Shown one piece after another: positions 1 to 12,825 of a stretch of DNA of 64,000 nucleotides. The notes under the pieces were generated by a model, which was not told the origin of the DNA, searched no databases, and was given only the letters and a program-made list of their open reading frames with translations. Source of the DNA: Octopus bimaculoides (lineage: Eukaryota); the NCBI RefSeq assembly GCF_001194135.2, contig NC_068984.1:99972023-100036022 (forward strand), given 5' to 3'. Positions within the stretch are counted from its first letter, which is position 1. Every line of letters begins with the position of its first letter. A program made the position numbers and the translations under genes.

Positions 1-1589
1 ATATGCATACCTGTATGCATGTGTGTATGAGTGTATGTGTATGTGTGTATGTGCATGTGTGTGTGTGTGTGTGTGTGTGGTTGTGTATTCTAGCAACAGA
101 AGGAGTGAAGAACATGAAGAAAATATGAATAAAAGGCAGAAGTAGGAGTGAAGGAGAAAGCAGAGAAGAAAAGGAATGAGGAAGGAAGGGTGGGGGGAAG
201 AGATAGGATTTAAAGTCGTAAAGATTTAGAGAGAGAGGAGAGACGGTGAGAAGAGTTCTGCAACAGGAAGATCGGTGAGGNNNNNNNNNNNNNNNNNNNN
301 NNNNNNNNNNNNNNNNNNNNNNNNNNNNNNNNNNNNNNNNNNNNNNNNNNNNNNNNNNNNNNNNNNNNNNNNNNNNNNNNNNNNNNNNNNNNNNNNNNNN
401 NNNNNNNNNNNNNNNNNNNNNNNNNNNNNNNNNNNNNNNNNNNNNNNNNNNNNNNNNNNNNNNNNNNNNNNNNNNNNNNNNNNNNNNNNNNNNNNNNNNN
501 NNNNNNNNNNNNNNNNNNNNNNNNNNNNNNNNNNNNNNNNNNNNNNNNNNNNNNNNNNNNNNNNNNNNNNNNNNNNNNNNNNNNNNNNNNNNNNNNNNNN
601 NNNNNNNNNNNNNNNNNNNNNNNNNNNNNNNNNNNNNNNNNNNNNNNNNNNNNNNNNNNNNNNNNNNNNNGAGTGGAAAGGATGATAATTGAAGCAGGGG
701 TGGGGGGGGGTACCCCTGCAGGGACAACAGCTGCTTACACTGCTGATGCCGTTGTTGCTGCAGCTACTGCTTCTGTTGCTGCGGCTGCTGCATTTAGCCG
801 GAGCTGCTTCTGTCACTGGTGTTCACCTGTATGTTTACTAATGTGTCATAGAGAGGGAGAGAAACAGACAGACAGACAGATACAGAGACAGACTATGACA
901 CCTAGAGAGAGAAGGGAGGAGGGGGAGTGAGAGAGAGAGTGAGAGAGTATTAGGGAGAGGGAGAGAAAGATAGAGTGAGAGAAAGGGAGAGTGAGAGAAA
1001 GGGAGAGTGAGAGAGTGTGTATGTTTGTGTGTATGTAACAGAGTGACAGGCTCACCATATGTAAGGATGTCTATATTGGTACACAGTTTCTACATGCTTT
1101 CTCCAGGAATCTCTATCAATCATGGTAGGCAAAAACCATTCTACATACTATCAGCATACATTTTTGGCACACACTTCCACTTTGCTATATACACACCACC
1201 TAACCAAATAACACTCACTTATATACATACATACCTACATACATGCATGCATGCATGCATACATATATACACACACACACACACATATATATATATGNNN
1301 NNNNNNNNNNNNNNNNNNNNNNNNNNNNNNNNNNNNNNNNNNNNNNNNNNNNNNNNNNNNNNNNNNNNNNNNNNNNNNNNNNNNNNNNNNNNNNNNNNNN
1401 NNNNNNNNNNNNNNNNNNNNNNNNNNNNNNNNNNNNNNNNNNNNNNNNNNNNNNNNNNNNNNNNNNNNNNNNNNNNNNNNNNNNNNNNNNNNNNNNNNNN
1501 NNNNNNNNNNNNNNNNNNNNNNNNNNNNNNNNNNNNNNNNNNNNNNNNNNNNNNNNNNNNNNNNNNNNNNNNNNNNNNNNNNNNNNNNN

Positions 1590-1679
<90 letters not shown>

Positions 1680-2475
1680 CAAGAGAGAGAAAAGTGAGGT
1701 AGTTTTGAGACACAGAAAGAGATATACACAAGTACGAAACAAGTACAAATACAAAACAGGTTATGTGTATGACAAAGTTGATTTATATTCACTTAAAGCT
1801 GTTTTTTCTTTTTGATTGCTCACATATGCATATATACACTCACTTTGAGTGAGTGTATGTATTTCTATATCTGTATGCACAAACACACACGCACACAGAC
1901 ATATTTCCATATATACATAAACACATATATTGCACAAGTCACTCATAATATCACATATTATCAACTGGTTATAAAATTTAGTGAGTCCCAAACAGTCCTC
2001 AGGATATTGTTATGTTGTGTGCTTAATGTTATCAGTTACTGTCATCTAAAAGGCTCTGTCCCAAGATTGTTTTATGTGTTGGCCTCTAGATATATACACA
2101 CTCATACATACATGCTCAGACACATACACACACACAAGCACTCATACGCATACACATGCACTCGTATGCATACACATACACAAACACATACACACACATA
2201 TATATACACATATGCACACACATAGAAACATGCATATGTGTACACATGTATATGCATACATGTGTGTGTTTGTATGCATATGCATATATATGTTTGTTTG
2301 TATATGCATATATATGCATGTATGTGCACATACACAAAGAATCATGAATATATTTGTGTGTGTGCTTGCATGTGTGTGTGTATGTATGTATGTATGTATG
2401 TATATGTGTATGTATATATATATATATATGCATACATATTTTGTGCATATGTGTATGCGTATACATATATGTTTT

Positions 2476-2523
<48 letters not shown>

Positions 2524-3115
2524 GGTGGGGGGGTGTATGAAGTGTGTATGTAAGTATGTATGTATCTATATATAATATGTGTGTGTGTGTGTGTGTGTGT
2601 ATGCATGTATGTGTCTCCCTCTGAAATATAAAACAGACGGCATATTTCACAAACTTTGTTCTTTGTATATTACCTTTATGCTATATATATATATATAGTT
2701 ATGTATATAATCGGTATATCTATCTATCTATCCCTTGATCCATCTATCAGTGTGTGTATATTTCGCGTATATATACACATATGTATAAACATGTATCCAT
2801 ATATGTGTGAGTATGAGTGAGTGAGAGTTTATGGTTTCACATTGGAACTTGAAAAAAAAATTATTTTCAGATTTCTTGGTTTTGGTTTTAAAGATTGAAA
2901 AATTTGAAAATGATTTTAATTTTCAAGTTCAAATGCGAATAAAACCATTAATAAATTTCCTCCCCCTCTCTCTCTCTCTCACTCATGCTCTCACACACAC
3001 ACACACACACACACATATATACATATATGAATGTATGTACATCTATAAGTGTATGTATATGTGTGATTCTTTTCTCATGTGTGCATGTAAGTATACGTGT
3101 GATTATACTCCCTTG

Positions 3116-3153
<38 letters not shown>

Positions 3154-3420
3154 TATATGCTTTGGTAAATTCATGAAGTTTTTACACTGATGTTTATGCA
3201 TGTGTGTGCATGTGTATTTATTTCTTTTGCTTTCACCTACATACACATTTTCGTGGTATTTTTCTAAAGTAAAAATAGTAAAGAGTGACACAGAGAGAGA
3301 AGAAAAAAGAATGAGGGGAAAAGTCAGAATGCGTGGGAGAAAACAGAGAGAGAGAGAGAGAAAGTGGAAGAAGTCAGAAAAGGTGTGGAGCGAGAGGGAG
3401 AGAGAGAGAGAGAGAGTGCA
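1..3420. repeat. Dense compound microsatellite region ((TG)n, (TA)n, (CA)n, (GA)n, CATA variants); similar blocks recur across the window
   Basis: Direct inspection. Further blocks at about 15.4-15.8, 19.2-19.5, 24.1-25.5, 28.7-29.1, 44.1-44.8, 47.5-47.7, 49.2-50.1, 52.5-52.8 and 58.7-59.0 kb. Confidence 0.95.
281..670. other. Assembly gap (also 1298-1589, 14293-14433, 16562-16736, 55225-55460; 10-N gaps at about 21484, 24675, 49233, 54718)
   Basis: Runs of N, mostly inside microsatellites or young repeats. Confidence 1.
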
Positions 3421-4188
3421 AGAGAAAGAGAGAGAAAACTCTATTGGTGTAATTTTATTACTGAATAATTATGGAATGTCAACAGTGTTGACAATAGCAT
3501 TAACAACAACAGCAACAATAACAGCAATATTTTTTACTCTAGTTCTGAAAGATATTTTTCTTATGTATTTTGTGTATTTTTATTGTGAAACCTTTTTGCA
3601 CAAGAGCAACAATAACATCAATGAGGAGGAGTTGGAGGAGGAGGAGGAGGAGGAGGGAGGTGGTGGTGGCAGCGGCGGCGGCGGCGGCGGCTTCTTCTTG
3701 AGGCACAAGCTCAGTCCAGCAATTTTAAGGACAGGGTTAGTTGGATTCATCAACCCCTGTACTTCCTGATTGATACTTTTATTTTATTGACCACCAGAGA
3801 GATGAAATTGATTTTGATGGTATTTGAACTCTGACACAGTCAATTCCAAATACTATAATACAGATGACATAAGATGTACTTGTATGCAAATCGCCACCAT
3901 CTCCCCAATACGCTAACACAAATCCACCCAACACACATTCTACACAACTCTCCCTTTTAAGTATTATAGCTTTCACAACAATCAACAATGAAACTAAAAA
4001 ACAATACTGTACATATGACTCGAACACAACAGAGGTGTACAAAAGGCTCACATGAAACTACTGAAAATGCGCAATAGCAACAACAACAACAACAATAATA
4101 ATAACCCCCCCCCCCCAGTGCACACAATATTTTCTATCTACAACATCAGAGTATTGGGTACTGTGCAATATCTTCAATAATAATGATC

Positions 4189-4401
4189 CTTTCTACTATA
4201 GGCACAAGGCCTGAAATTTTAGTGGAGTGGACTAGTCGATTACATTGACCCCAGTGTTTCACTGGTACTTAATTTATTTACGCTGAAAGGATGAAAGACA
4301 AAGTCAGCCTTGGTGGAATTTAAACTTAGAATGTAGAGACAGGCACAATGCTGCTAAACATTTTGCCCAGCATGCTACCAATTCTGCCAGGTCGTCACCT
4401 T
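4189..4401 (-). mobile_element. tRNA-derived SINE, family A (~215 bp, (ATT)n tail)
   Basis: Reverse complement matches the family-A copy at 18325-18546 (degenerate A/B boxes, central ...CTTTCATCCTTTC...AAATTAAGTACCAG, 3' CCTTGTGCCTATAGTAGAAAGG-ATTATT). Confidence 0.8.
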
Positions 4402-4590
4402 AATAACAACAAACAATGGATGTTGATGAATGATGATGATAAAATGGACCCTCATTCCCAAAGTTGGTAGATTTTCTTGGTTACTATGTGTACAAGATGA
4501 TACACAATATGGTGACCCATCTAACCCATGCCAGTATGAAAAAAATAGACATAAAATGATGATGCATATATATTTAGGACACATGCACTT

Positions 4591-4682
<92 letters not shown>

Positions 4683-5848
4683 ATATCATAAAATATAATT
4701 CTACCTTTGCTATTGGTCTCTTTATCTTATTCTTTTTTATATATACACACGCTAATACACGACCCATGTTATATTCCTCACTCATGTTGCAACCACGTCA
4801 GGGGCAAAACTAGTCGGTGTACAGCACATACTCGGTATTACCTGTATCTTTAGGGTTTGGTTGACTCCAATACCCCTCATAACCTTTATACATAGTTATA
4901 TCTGTATATGTGTGTCTATCAAAAGTAAATATATGTGAAACTAATAAGCTTGCTTTTCCACATAATCTACATCGACTTCCTCTAGTTGGTCTGGTCTTAC
5001 AATCTCAGATCAGCTCTGTACTACTTGGCACTGTACATCCTTACTCTGTACCACCCTCTCCCAGCCTATTCCACTTTTTCCCATGGTTTGTTCTGAGTTG
5101 AACTGTATTACTATGACATGCATTGCCAGGCATTGTTTTTCTTGGACCTGCATTGTGTTATCTTTACACCATCCTGCTAGCTCTGTCTTTTCCTCTCCTA
5201 CATCAACCCTGTCCTACCTCTTACCTTGTACTGTGCTGCACTACTACAGGTTCCTAGCTTGGTCCTGTAAAACAAAGTACCAGCGACATAGTAAAACAGT
5301 AGAATCTAAACACTTTAGAAATGTTCTGCATCAATAAGAATTAATAGAGATATTTTATAGACTGGAATACGTTGTATGTTATGGAGAAGACATATATCTT
5401 CCTCTGCATTACATAAGTTTAAAATTTATTGCACAAACTAAACAGCTGCTGAACAAATATCGGGACACTGCCCATGGCTAACATAAGTGAAAAGAAATAT
5501 TTCTGGCTTATCCTTTGCTTGGATCAAATAATTTCTTTTTTTCCTTCTTCAAGCTCCTAGGCATCTCAAGAGAGTTGAAGTATTCTTTGATGTGTATGAG
5601 GTCTGCAATTTTCACTTGTTTGTTCAGAAAAATTACAAATCCATTTATTGTTACTCTTGTTGTTAACAACAACAACAACAGCAGCAGTAATAATAATAAT
5701 GATAATGTGGAGGAGGAAGAGGAGAATATATGAATTTCTAACATTAGCATGCCTTTTGATAGGATGATACGGTCTGTTGAATCAATACACCATTATCAGG
5801 TAATTTTTGTCAACCCAAAAGGTATGAATGGTAAAGTCAATACCAACT

Positions 5849-6780
5849 CTAATCCCATTTTTCTTTGATCATATTCTGTAAACTCACTCTTCCAGAATAG
5901 AACATGAGCATTTTTCTGGCATTAGCTAGCTCACAAAAGTTCTTTCTGGGCAGAGTTCTCTTAGCTGCCCAATATATACCACTGATGTGGTCTTCAACAA
6001 TTTTCAAACCTTCTTCGTTATTGTAGTACTCATCCACTATTTTGTCCTCAAGCAGCCACTATGTAGTTTATCTTCACTAATCAAATATTCTATGACAGGG
6101 TCTTCAGATTACCATAAAGAAGTGACACTCTAGGTGGATGAACATTTGTTTTTGATGACCTTTCAGCCTCTTACCTGTTTGTATTTTTTTTATTTATTTT
6201 GTTCCTTTCTTTATCTTTTGACCCCACTTTCTTTTTTATTGTTCCCTATTGTTTTCTTCCTTTCTGCAGTCTCCATTTCCTCCACATTGCTCCAAGATGG
6301 TGCTGTGTAACTGTTGTTACACACCACCTGTGCTGGGGTGGGAGATTTGTTGCCTTCTTAGTGCCCTACCTTGTCGTTATCTCTGGGTGCTGAGAATACA
6401 GCTATTTCTTCTACTCTGGTTGTCTTCAAAGTTACAGTCAGTGGAAAAACCAGCTGCAGCTATGGTATTCACTTTCAGGTTCTTGCTGTTGTTGTTGCTG
6501 TTATTTCTGCTTTTGTCTTATCTTACTTATCCACTTTTTATCTTTTTTCCTTTCCATATCTGGGCAGAAAGTCTTTAGGTGAATTTTACACCTACACATG
6601 TAGCAGCTGGGCCAGCCTTCTGCCTTGTACTACCAACATGATTCAAATCCTCTCTGCTCCCACAACAGTGTATAACATCAGGATAGCCTTGTGGTCTTTG
6701 TAGATCTGGATGACCAGGCAAAGGCCAAAAAGTTAGTGTTGGTCCTGTCTGTGCTTGTCACTGTATTTACTGTGCCACAA
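5849..6780 (-). mobile_element. Decayed retroelement ORF1/gag-like remnant with CCHC zinc knuckle (L1/Tx1-like, clade uncertain)
   Basis: Minus strand 6605-6564 reads CYMCRCKIHLKTFC, an exact C-X2-C-X4-H-X4-C knuckle. It is preceded, across frameshifts, by PDVIHC..IMLVVQGRR and followed by a low-complexity K/E/N-rich stretch and a further open frame (WLLEDKIVDEYYNNEEGLKIVEDHISGIYWAAKRTL..., about 6058-5849). Multiple stops and frameshifts. Confidence 0.5.
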
Positions 6781-7153
6781 AGAATGAATGTCAGATCCAG
6801 TATCACTGGCTCTGATCCACTACTATAATATAGCTCTCGCAGCCCACTTATTCTACACCACTACTGTTCTAATACTTTAACACAACTCACACAATATATA
6901 CACTGTATACAGTCACCTCCTACTACTATAACAAATTAATACAATGCATTCTACATGACCACCTTACCCTATTACTATAAAATTTTTTGCAACAAACAAC
7001 AGCAACACTGGAACAATGCAACATGAAATGGCAACACACATTTCACCATAACATCTTCCTATGCACTAAAAATTAATGCTGTACATATAACACAAGAACA
7101 ACAGTGGTACAAGAAAAGCTCACACGAAACTACTGAAAGCACACAACCACAAT

Positions 7154-7372
7154 GGTTTCAAATTTTGGCACAAGACCAGCAAATTTTAGATTTTTTGATA
7201 TGGGGGATAGTGGATTACATTGACTCTAATGTTCAGCTAGTATTTATTTTATCAACGCCAAACGATTGAAAGACTAAGTTTCAGTGGAATTTTAAACTCA
7301 AAGCTTAAAGAGCAGAAAAAATACCACTAAATATTTTGTCCGACATGCTAATGATTCTCCTAACTTGCTACC

Positions 7373-7449
<77 letters not shown>

Positions 7450-7895
7450 CCTTTCTGCTATTGGCACAAGGCCTGAAATTTGTAGGGGAGGGAACTTATC
7501 AATTACACCGATCCCCAATACTCAACTGGTACTTAATTTATCGATACTGGAGGGATGAAAGGCAAAGTCGACCCCAGCGGAATTTGAACTCAGAATGTAA
7601 TAACATGCAAAATGTCACTAAGCATTTTACCCAGAGTGCTAATGATTCTGCTAACCTACTGTTTTAATAATCATAATAGTAATCCTTTCTCCTATTGGCA
7701 CAAGGCCTGAAATTTGTCAGGAGGGGACTAGTCCATTACATTGACCCCAGTGTTTCACTGATACTTAATTTATCAACCTCGAAAGAATGAAAAGCAAAGT
7801 CATCCTTGGCGGAATTTAAACTCAGGTTGTAACGATGGGTGAAATACTGCTAAGCATTTCATCCAGCACACTACCAATTCTGCCAGTTCATTGCC

Positions 7896-7896
<1 letters not shown>
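7154..7896 (-). mobile_element. Three head-to-tail family-A SINEs (7154-7374, 7450-7665, 7684-7896) separated by AAT-rich runs
   Basis: Each unit shows ggcacaag...attacattgac...ggtacttaattta...ggaatttgaactcag...ctaagcatttt on the + strand, i.e. the reverse complement of the SINE with a GAGTTCAAATTCC-type B box. Confidence 0.85.
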
Positions 7897-7943
<47 letters not shown>

Positions 7944-9019
7944 TATGATGATAATAATAATAATAATAATGATGATAATGATGATAATACTGCTGATGAT
8001 GATGATCACAAGGAATAATAAGGTAAATATTGTTACTGTTTAGTCCCAGTTCAGTTCTGATCCCACAAACCAATGATCAAAAGTATTCCAGCCATAAATA
8101 TAACAAAACCATAATGTATTTATTCAGATGCATGAATGTAGTTCCACTATAATATGTTTATTCAAACAAAGCCACAGTTTCTAGAGGTTCATTATCTCCA
8201 GAAACCTTAGTCAATCGAATTACCAACTTCCCTTCATTGATCTAGTAACCAAGTGAAATATATTACCTGGCCATTCACTGTTGTTATATGATAAAGAGAT
8301 TTATGTAAATCATGTGAAGTATCTAACACTACAATATGTATTTATGATGACCATTATATCTTTTATTTTGGTGGCACTAAAACCTAGTGTATTTTGGACT
8401 GCATTGTACAATGTTCTTTAACCATTTCTTGCTGTTTTAAAAGGTTTATATTTAAACTAAAACTTTCTGTCACAGTTTCCTATAAAAACCTCATTAAAAT
8501 TCTTGATTGTGTTCAAAATTAATTGAAACACAGAAGCTAAGATATATGATAAGGAAAGAGATTTAAAATACTGTATGATACTATTTGAGTGAAATTTGGT
8601 TGTTTTTTCTAGCAGATCTTATGACCTCAGGAAGACATTGTTATTGATCATTAGTTATGTATCAAGAATAATTCTGCCTTCTCTGAAGAAATACAAATAA
8701 TTGTCTTTTTTCTCCCAGACATACATTATCACATTCACACCCAGTTTAACACTGTCACCTGGTCCCTGAATGCCTTGAGTGAAATTTTCTCAGTTGTATG
8801 CCTCAATTCTAAGAAAATTTTCACCCTTTCCTCTACCTTTCTATGACTCCCTGTAAAGAGTCATAGGTACTGCTCTTTCCTCTTTTAATTAACCCAATTT
8901 AAAACAACTTTACGTTAAAGAAATAAAACTATGAAAGTGATTTTTCTAAGTGACCATCACTTTTACCCCTCTCTCTTGCCTTATTTCACTATTTACAAAC
9001 TAAATTTGTTTGCTGATGA

Positions 9020-9870
9020 AGAAAATTTGGCAGGACAAGAAAATGCACAGTCAGTTCTTGGAGAATAAAGATGACATTGATTGCAATAGAACCTAGCAAT
9101 GGCTTCAGAAAGGAGACTTAAAAGGGCCCACTGAGACATTAGTGTGCAGCACTTAAGAACAATTTCTCAGAACAAACTACTCCAAATATCACATTGATAA
9201 AAGCACCAACTTGCCACAGTGTAGGATGTGCTCCGAGAAGGGAGAAAGTATAAGCCATATTGTTAGTGAGTGCTGTAAGTTTGCACAATGTGAATACAAA
9301 AGGAGACACGACAATGTGGCCAAATATGTTCACTGGCTGTTGTGCGGTAAAGCAAACCTCGAGAGAGCCGAAGAATGGTATGAGCACAAGCCAGAGGGAG
9401 TAATGAAAAATGAACATTGCAAAATACTCTGGCATTTTAACATACTGTGCAACCAAGTCATAGAGGCGAGACGGCCAGATATTGTGATCATCCATAAAGA
9501 TGAAAAAGAAGCAAAGATAATAGATGTTGCAATACCAGGCGATTCAAGGGTGAAATGTAAGGAAACAGACAAGAGTGAGAAATATCAGCTACTGCTGGAC
9601 AAGATAGGAAAGTTATGGGGCATGAGGAAAGTAATGGTGATACCGATGGTATTTAGACATTAAGAAAAGTTTCCAAGGGCTTTGAAAAATATATCAAGAA
9701 TATTGGAGCTGCTGTCAGGATTGAGGTGATCCAGAAGACATCATTGTTGGGTACAGCTAGCATTCTAAGGAGAGTATTGTCTCTTTGAGTTACAGGAGAA
9801 GGCACTACTTGAAACTGGTGATTTGTTATTGCCTGCTTTCAAGTAAAGAAACAACCGGTAATTAAGAACT
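9020..9870 (+). mobile_element. R4/Dong-clade non-LTR retrotransposon, 5'-truncated 3' end (CCHC + restriction-like endonuclease) with (AAT)n tail
   Basis: Frame 9211-9663: C-X2-C-X8-H-X4-C (CRMCSEKGESISHIVSEC), RRHDNVAK, RRPDIVI..IIDVAIPGD, KSEKY. Upstream W..KKMHSQF..WLQKGDLKGPTE with stops. After a frameshift, QKTSLLGTASILRRVL*. Then a short 3' UTR and (AAT)n at about 9871-9972. Confidence 0.9.
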
Positions 9871-9887
9871 AATAATAATAATAATAA

Positions 9888-9943
<56 letters not shown>

Positions 9944-9972
9944 ATAATAAAAATAATAATAATAATAATAAT

Positions 9973-10186
9973 CCTTTCTGCTATAGGCACAAGGCCTGAA
10001 ATTTTGGAGGAGGGGACCAGCTGATTAGACTGACCTCAGTATGCAGCTGGTACTTAATTTACCAACCTTGAAAGGATGAAAGGCAAAGTCGACCTCGATG
10101 GAATTTGAACTCTGAACATAGCGATGGGCGAAATACCGCCAAGCATTTTGCTCGGCATGCTAACAATTCTGCTAGTTCATTGCCTT
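9973..10186 (-). mobile_element. Family-A tRNA-derived SINE
   Basis: Full-length reverse-complement match to family A, flanked by (AAT)n on both sides. Confidence 0.85.
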
Positions 10187-10261
10187 AATAATAATAATAA
10201 TAATAATAATCAATGTAAATTCTCTAAATGAAGTATTAACAGTAACTGCACGATAAAGTGT

Positions 10262-10395
10262 AGTATATTGCCACTTAAGTGTGGCTGACCCCTAGGGGTG
10301 GATGTTACTGTTGCTTTTAGCCCCAGGAGGACATCTCCTCCAGCTGGCTTATCGACACACGACTGTGTCCTGTTTGCCAAGGGAAGTTATCCCTC
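10262..10395. mobile_element. Single arm of the foldback/MITE family seen complete at 38740-39100
   Basis: agtatattgccacttaagtgtgg...agccccaggaggacatctcctccagctggct...gacacac...tgtgtcc aligns by eye to the arms of the 38.7-kb element. Confidence 0.6.
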
Positions 10396-10775
10396 TCACC
10401 TCGGTCTCACAATAACAACAACAACAACAACAATAATAATAATAATAATAATAAAAATGATAAGGATAATAATAATAATTTATTATTTGAAAGCATTTCT
10501 GTACAGCCCTCCCCAAGCTTTCAGTCATATTTCAACATCTCTTAACCTTCACTTGCCCTCGGGTGTTGGGTGTGTCCTGGTAACAGTGATAATAATAATT
10601 CTTTGCTTTCAGATTTTGATACAGGGCCAATAGTTTTTGAGGAGAGGAGAAAGTTGACTGCACTGAACCCAGTACTTCACTGGTATTTATTTTATTGACC
10701 CTGAAAGGATAAAAGGCATAGTTAGCTTTGGCAAAATTTGCACACAAAATGTAAAGACTGATGAAATACCATTAA

Positions 10776-10997
10776 CCCTTTTGTTATCATATTTCTGTTG
10801 AGATGCTCTGTGTTTCTTTCAATTAATTTTAAATATAACGAAGAATTTAGTAAAATAACTTAGTTATCATTAAGTTAATGTTAGGAACATAGATTGTGGC
10901 CAAGTTTTGATGGAAAATTTTAATTCAGAACTTTTGAAAACAAGACATTCGTACTACAGAGCCACAGGTGGTTTCAGCTGGGTTGGCATCAAAAGGG
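10776..10997. mobile_element. piggyBac-type MITE inserted into a family-A SINE
   Basis: TTAA (10772-10775) then CCCTTTTG ... CAAAAGGG then TTAA (10998-11001). The SINE sequence gaaatacc-a-ttaa-gcattttg is continuous once the insert is removed. Confidence 0.75.
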
Positions 10998-11989
10998 TTA
11001 AGCATTTTGTCTAACATGCTAACAGTTCTATCAGCTCACTGCTTTTAAGCCTACTAAAAATGTTGTCAAATTTCAGCACAAGGCCAGCAATGTTGGGGGG
11101 AGGGATAAGTCAATTACACCAACCCCAGTACTCAACTGGTACTTATTTTATCAACCCCAAAATGATGAAAAGTGGAATTTGAACTCAGAATGTAAAGACA
11201 TGAAATGTTGCCAAGCATTTTGCCTGGTATGCTAATGGTCCTGCCAGGTCACTGTCTTTGAACCTACTACTAATAAAATTATTTTGTTATTAATTAAATG
11301 CTTAAATGTCTTGAATAAGAATATAATTTTTTCTTAAACTTTCAGCTTCATCAATAGAGTCATCAATATATTGTACATTTAATATTTACATCAACACTAG
11401 GGCTACACTACTGGATTGCAGAATTGTTAAAGCATTAGTCCAAACGTTTTGTGGCACTTGATTCTAACTCTTTACATTCTGAGTTCAAAACCTGCCATCA
11501 TCAATTTTGCCTTTCATCTTTCCGATGTTGATAAAATCAAGTACCAATCATGTACTGGGGTTGATATAACCTGTTATACACCTCCCTCAGATTTGAAATC
11601 ATGTGCTTGAATTAAAAATCAATAATTACATTGACACTTCAATTTGATTGGTTTTGTTCTCCAGTCATCACCAAGTGTTTTGTTGTTGAATTTATACATG
11701 CACTGCCTCACAGTAAATTTTAAGTAAACGTCTGCACAGAGATATGTCGTTAACATGATTATAATAGTTCAAGTTATTAAGTTATTGAAATCGATGAGAA
11801 AAATTTTTTTAATATTTACATCTACATTGCAGTAGCAGGGAGGTGGTTAAGAAATTTGCCTACGTGTCATGTGGTTTTGGGTTCAGTTCTACTTCACAGT
11901 AATTTTAGTATTTTCTACTATAGTCATGGGCCACTTAATGCCTTGTGAGTGGAAGTGGAAGATAGAAACCGAATTGAAGTCTGACATGC

Positions 11990-12362
11990 ACACACACACA
12001 CGCACATGGCTGTGTGGTAAGAGGTGAGCTTGCCAACCACATGATTTTGGGTTCAGTCCCACTGCATGGCACTTTGGGCAGGGGTGACCAAAGCATTGTG
12101 AGTGGATTTGGTGGGCAGAAAATGAAAGAAGCTCATTGAATGTGTGTGTGTCTGTCTGTCTTCTATCACTGCTTGACAACCAGTGTTGGTTTGTTAATAT
12201 CCTTGTAACATAGTGCTTTGGGAAAAAAAAAAATTACCAATGAATAAGTTCCAGGCTTTAGAAAACAAGTACTGGAGTCAATTTTTTTCAACTAAACCCT
12301 TCAAGATGGTTTCCCCAACATGGCCACAGTCTAATGACTGAAACAAGTAAAAGTAAAAGAAA
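11990..12362 (+). mobile_element. tRNA-derived SINE, family B (CORE-like, ~400-490 bp)
   Basis: tggctgtgtggtaag (A box), gggttcagtccc (B box), ggcactttgggca, and 3' ccagcatggccacagtc..atgactgaaacaagtaaaag; matches 17108-17592. Confidence 0.8.
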
Positions 12363-12376
12363 TCATGTATACATTC

Positions 12377-12408
<32 letters not shown>

Positions 12409-12825
12409 ATAGAAATAATTGAGATTTAGTTGAATTAAGTACTTAAATTGAGGCACCAAGGCAGTTTGGTAAAGTCCATGCAGCTTGAAGTTAGGTGAAT
12501 AAAAAGCAAATAAGTAACACAGATGTCCAGGTGTCAGTGCATTACAGCCGTTTCAAGCCACTCCATTTAATTAATTGATATATGTGTATATATGGCGTGG
12601 GAGGACATGAATGTTGACATTAAAGCTGGTTGCTCTGTGCTTTCAAAGCCAGTGAAAATATCCCTTACTTGAGAAACCATGCTACCTTAAGGCAAGGGCA
12701 CACTGAGCAGTTGTCTGTGAGCCCTCTAGGACTAGTGGACCCAATACTAATCAATTAATGCTGGACCATGTATGTAAAGGTCTCAGTATATTTGCCTTGC
12801 CTGGGCCCTATAATACTGTTTAGAT

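Noticed and set aside
673-830. GC-richer CAG/GCT-rich stretch with an acceptor-like CATACAG on the minus strand (VNTSDRSSSG* or MTEAAPAK...)
   Set aside because: Short, low complexity, no recognisable domain, and adjacent to a gap; an exon cannot be supported.
1007-3291. Many 60-230 aa ORFs rich in HT, YI, CV and LS repeats, here and throughout the window
   Set aside because: They are translations of (CA)n, (TA)n, (TG)n and (CT)n microsatellites, or run through N gaps.
3200-3769. 189-aa ORF with poly-E and poly-G
   Set aside because: A chain of (GA)n, (GAG)n and (GGC)n microsatellites running into a SINE tail.
4785-4830. AAAACTAGTCGGTG preceded by CACT, resembling hammerhead helix III/I
   Set aside because: The CUGANGA core and G12 are missing; too degenerate to call.
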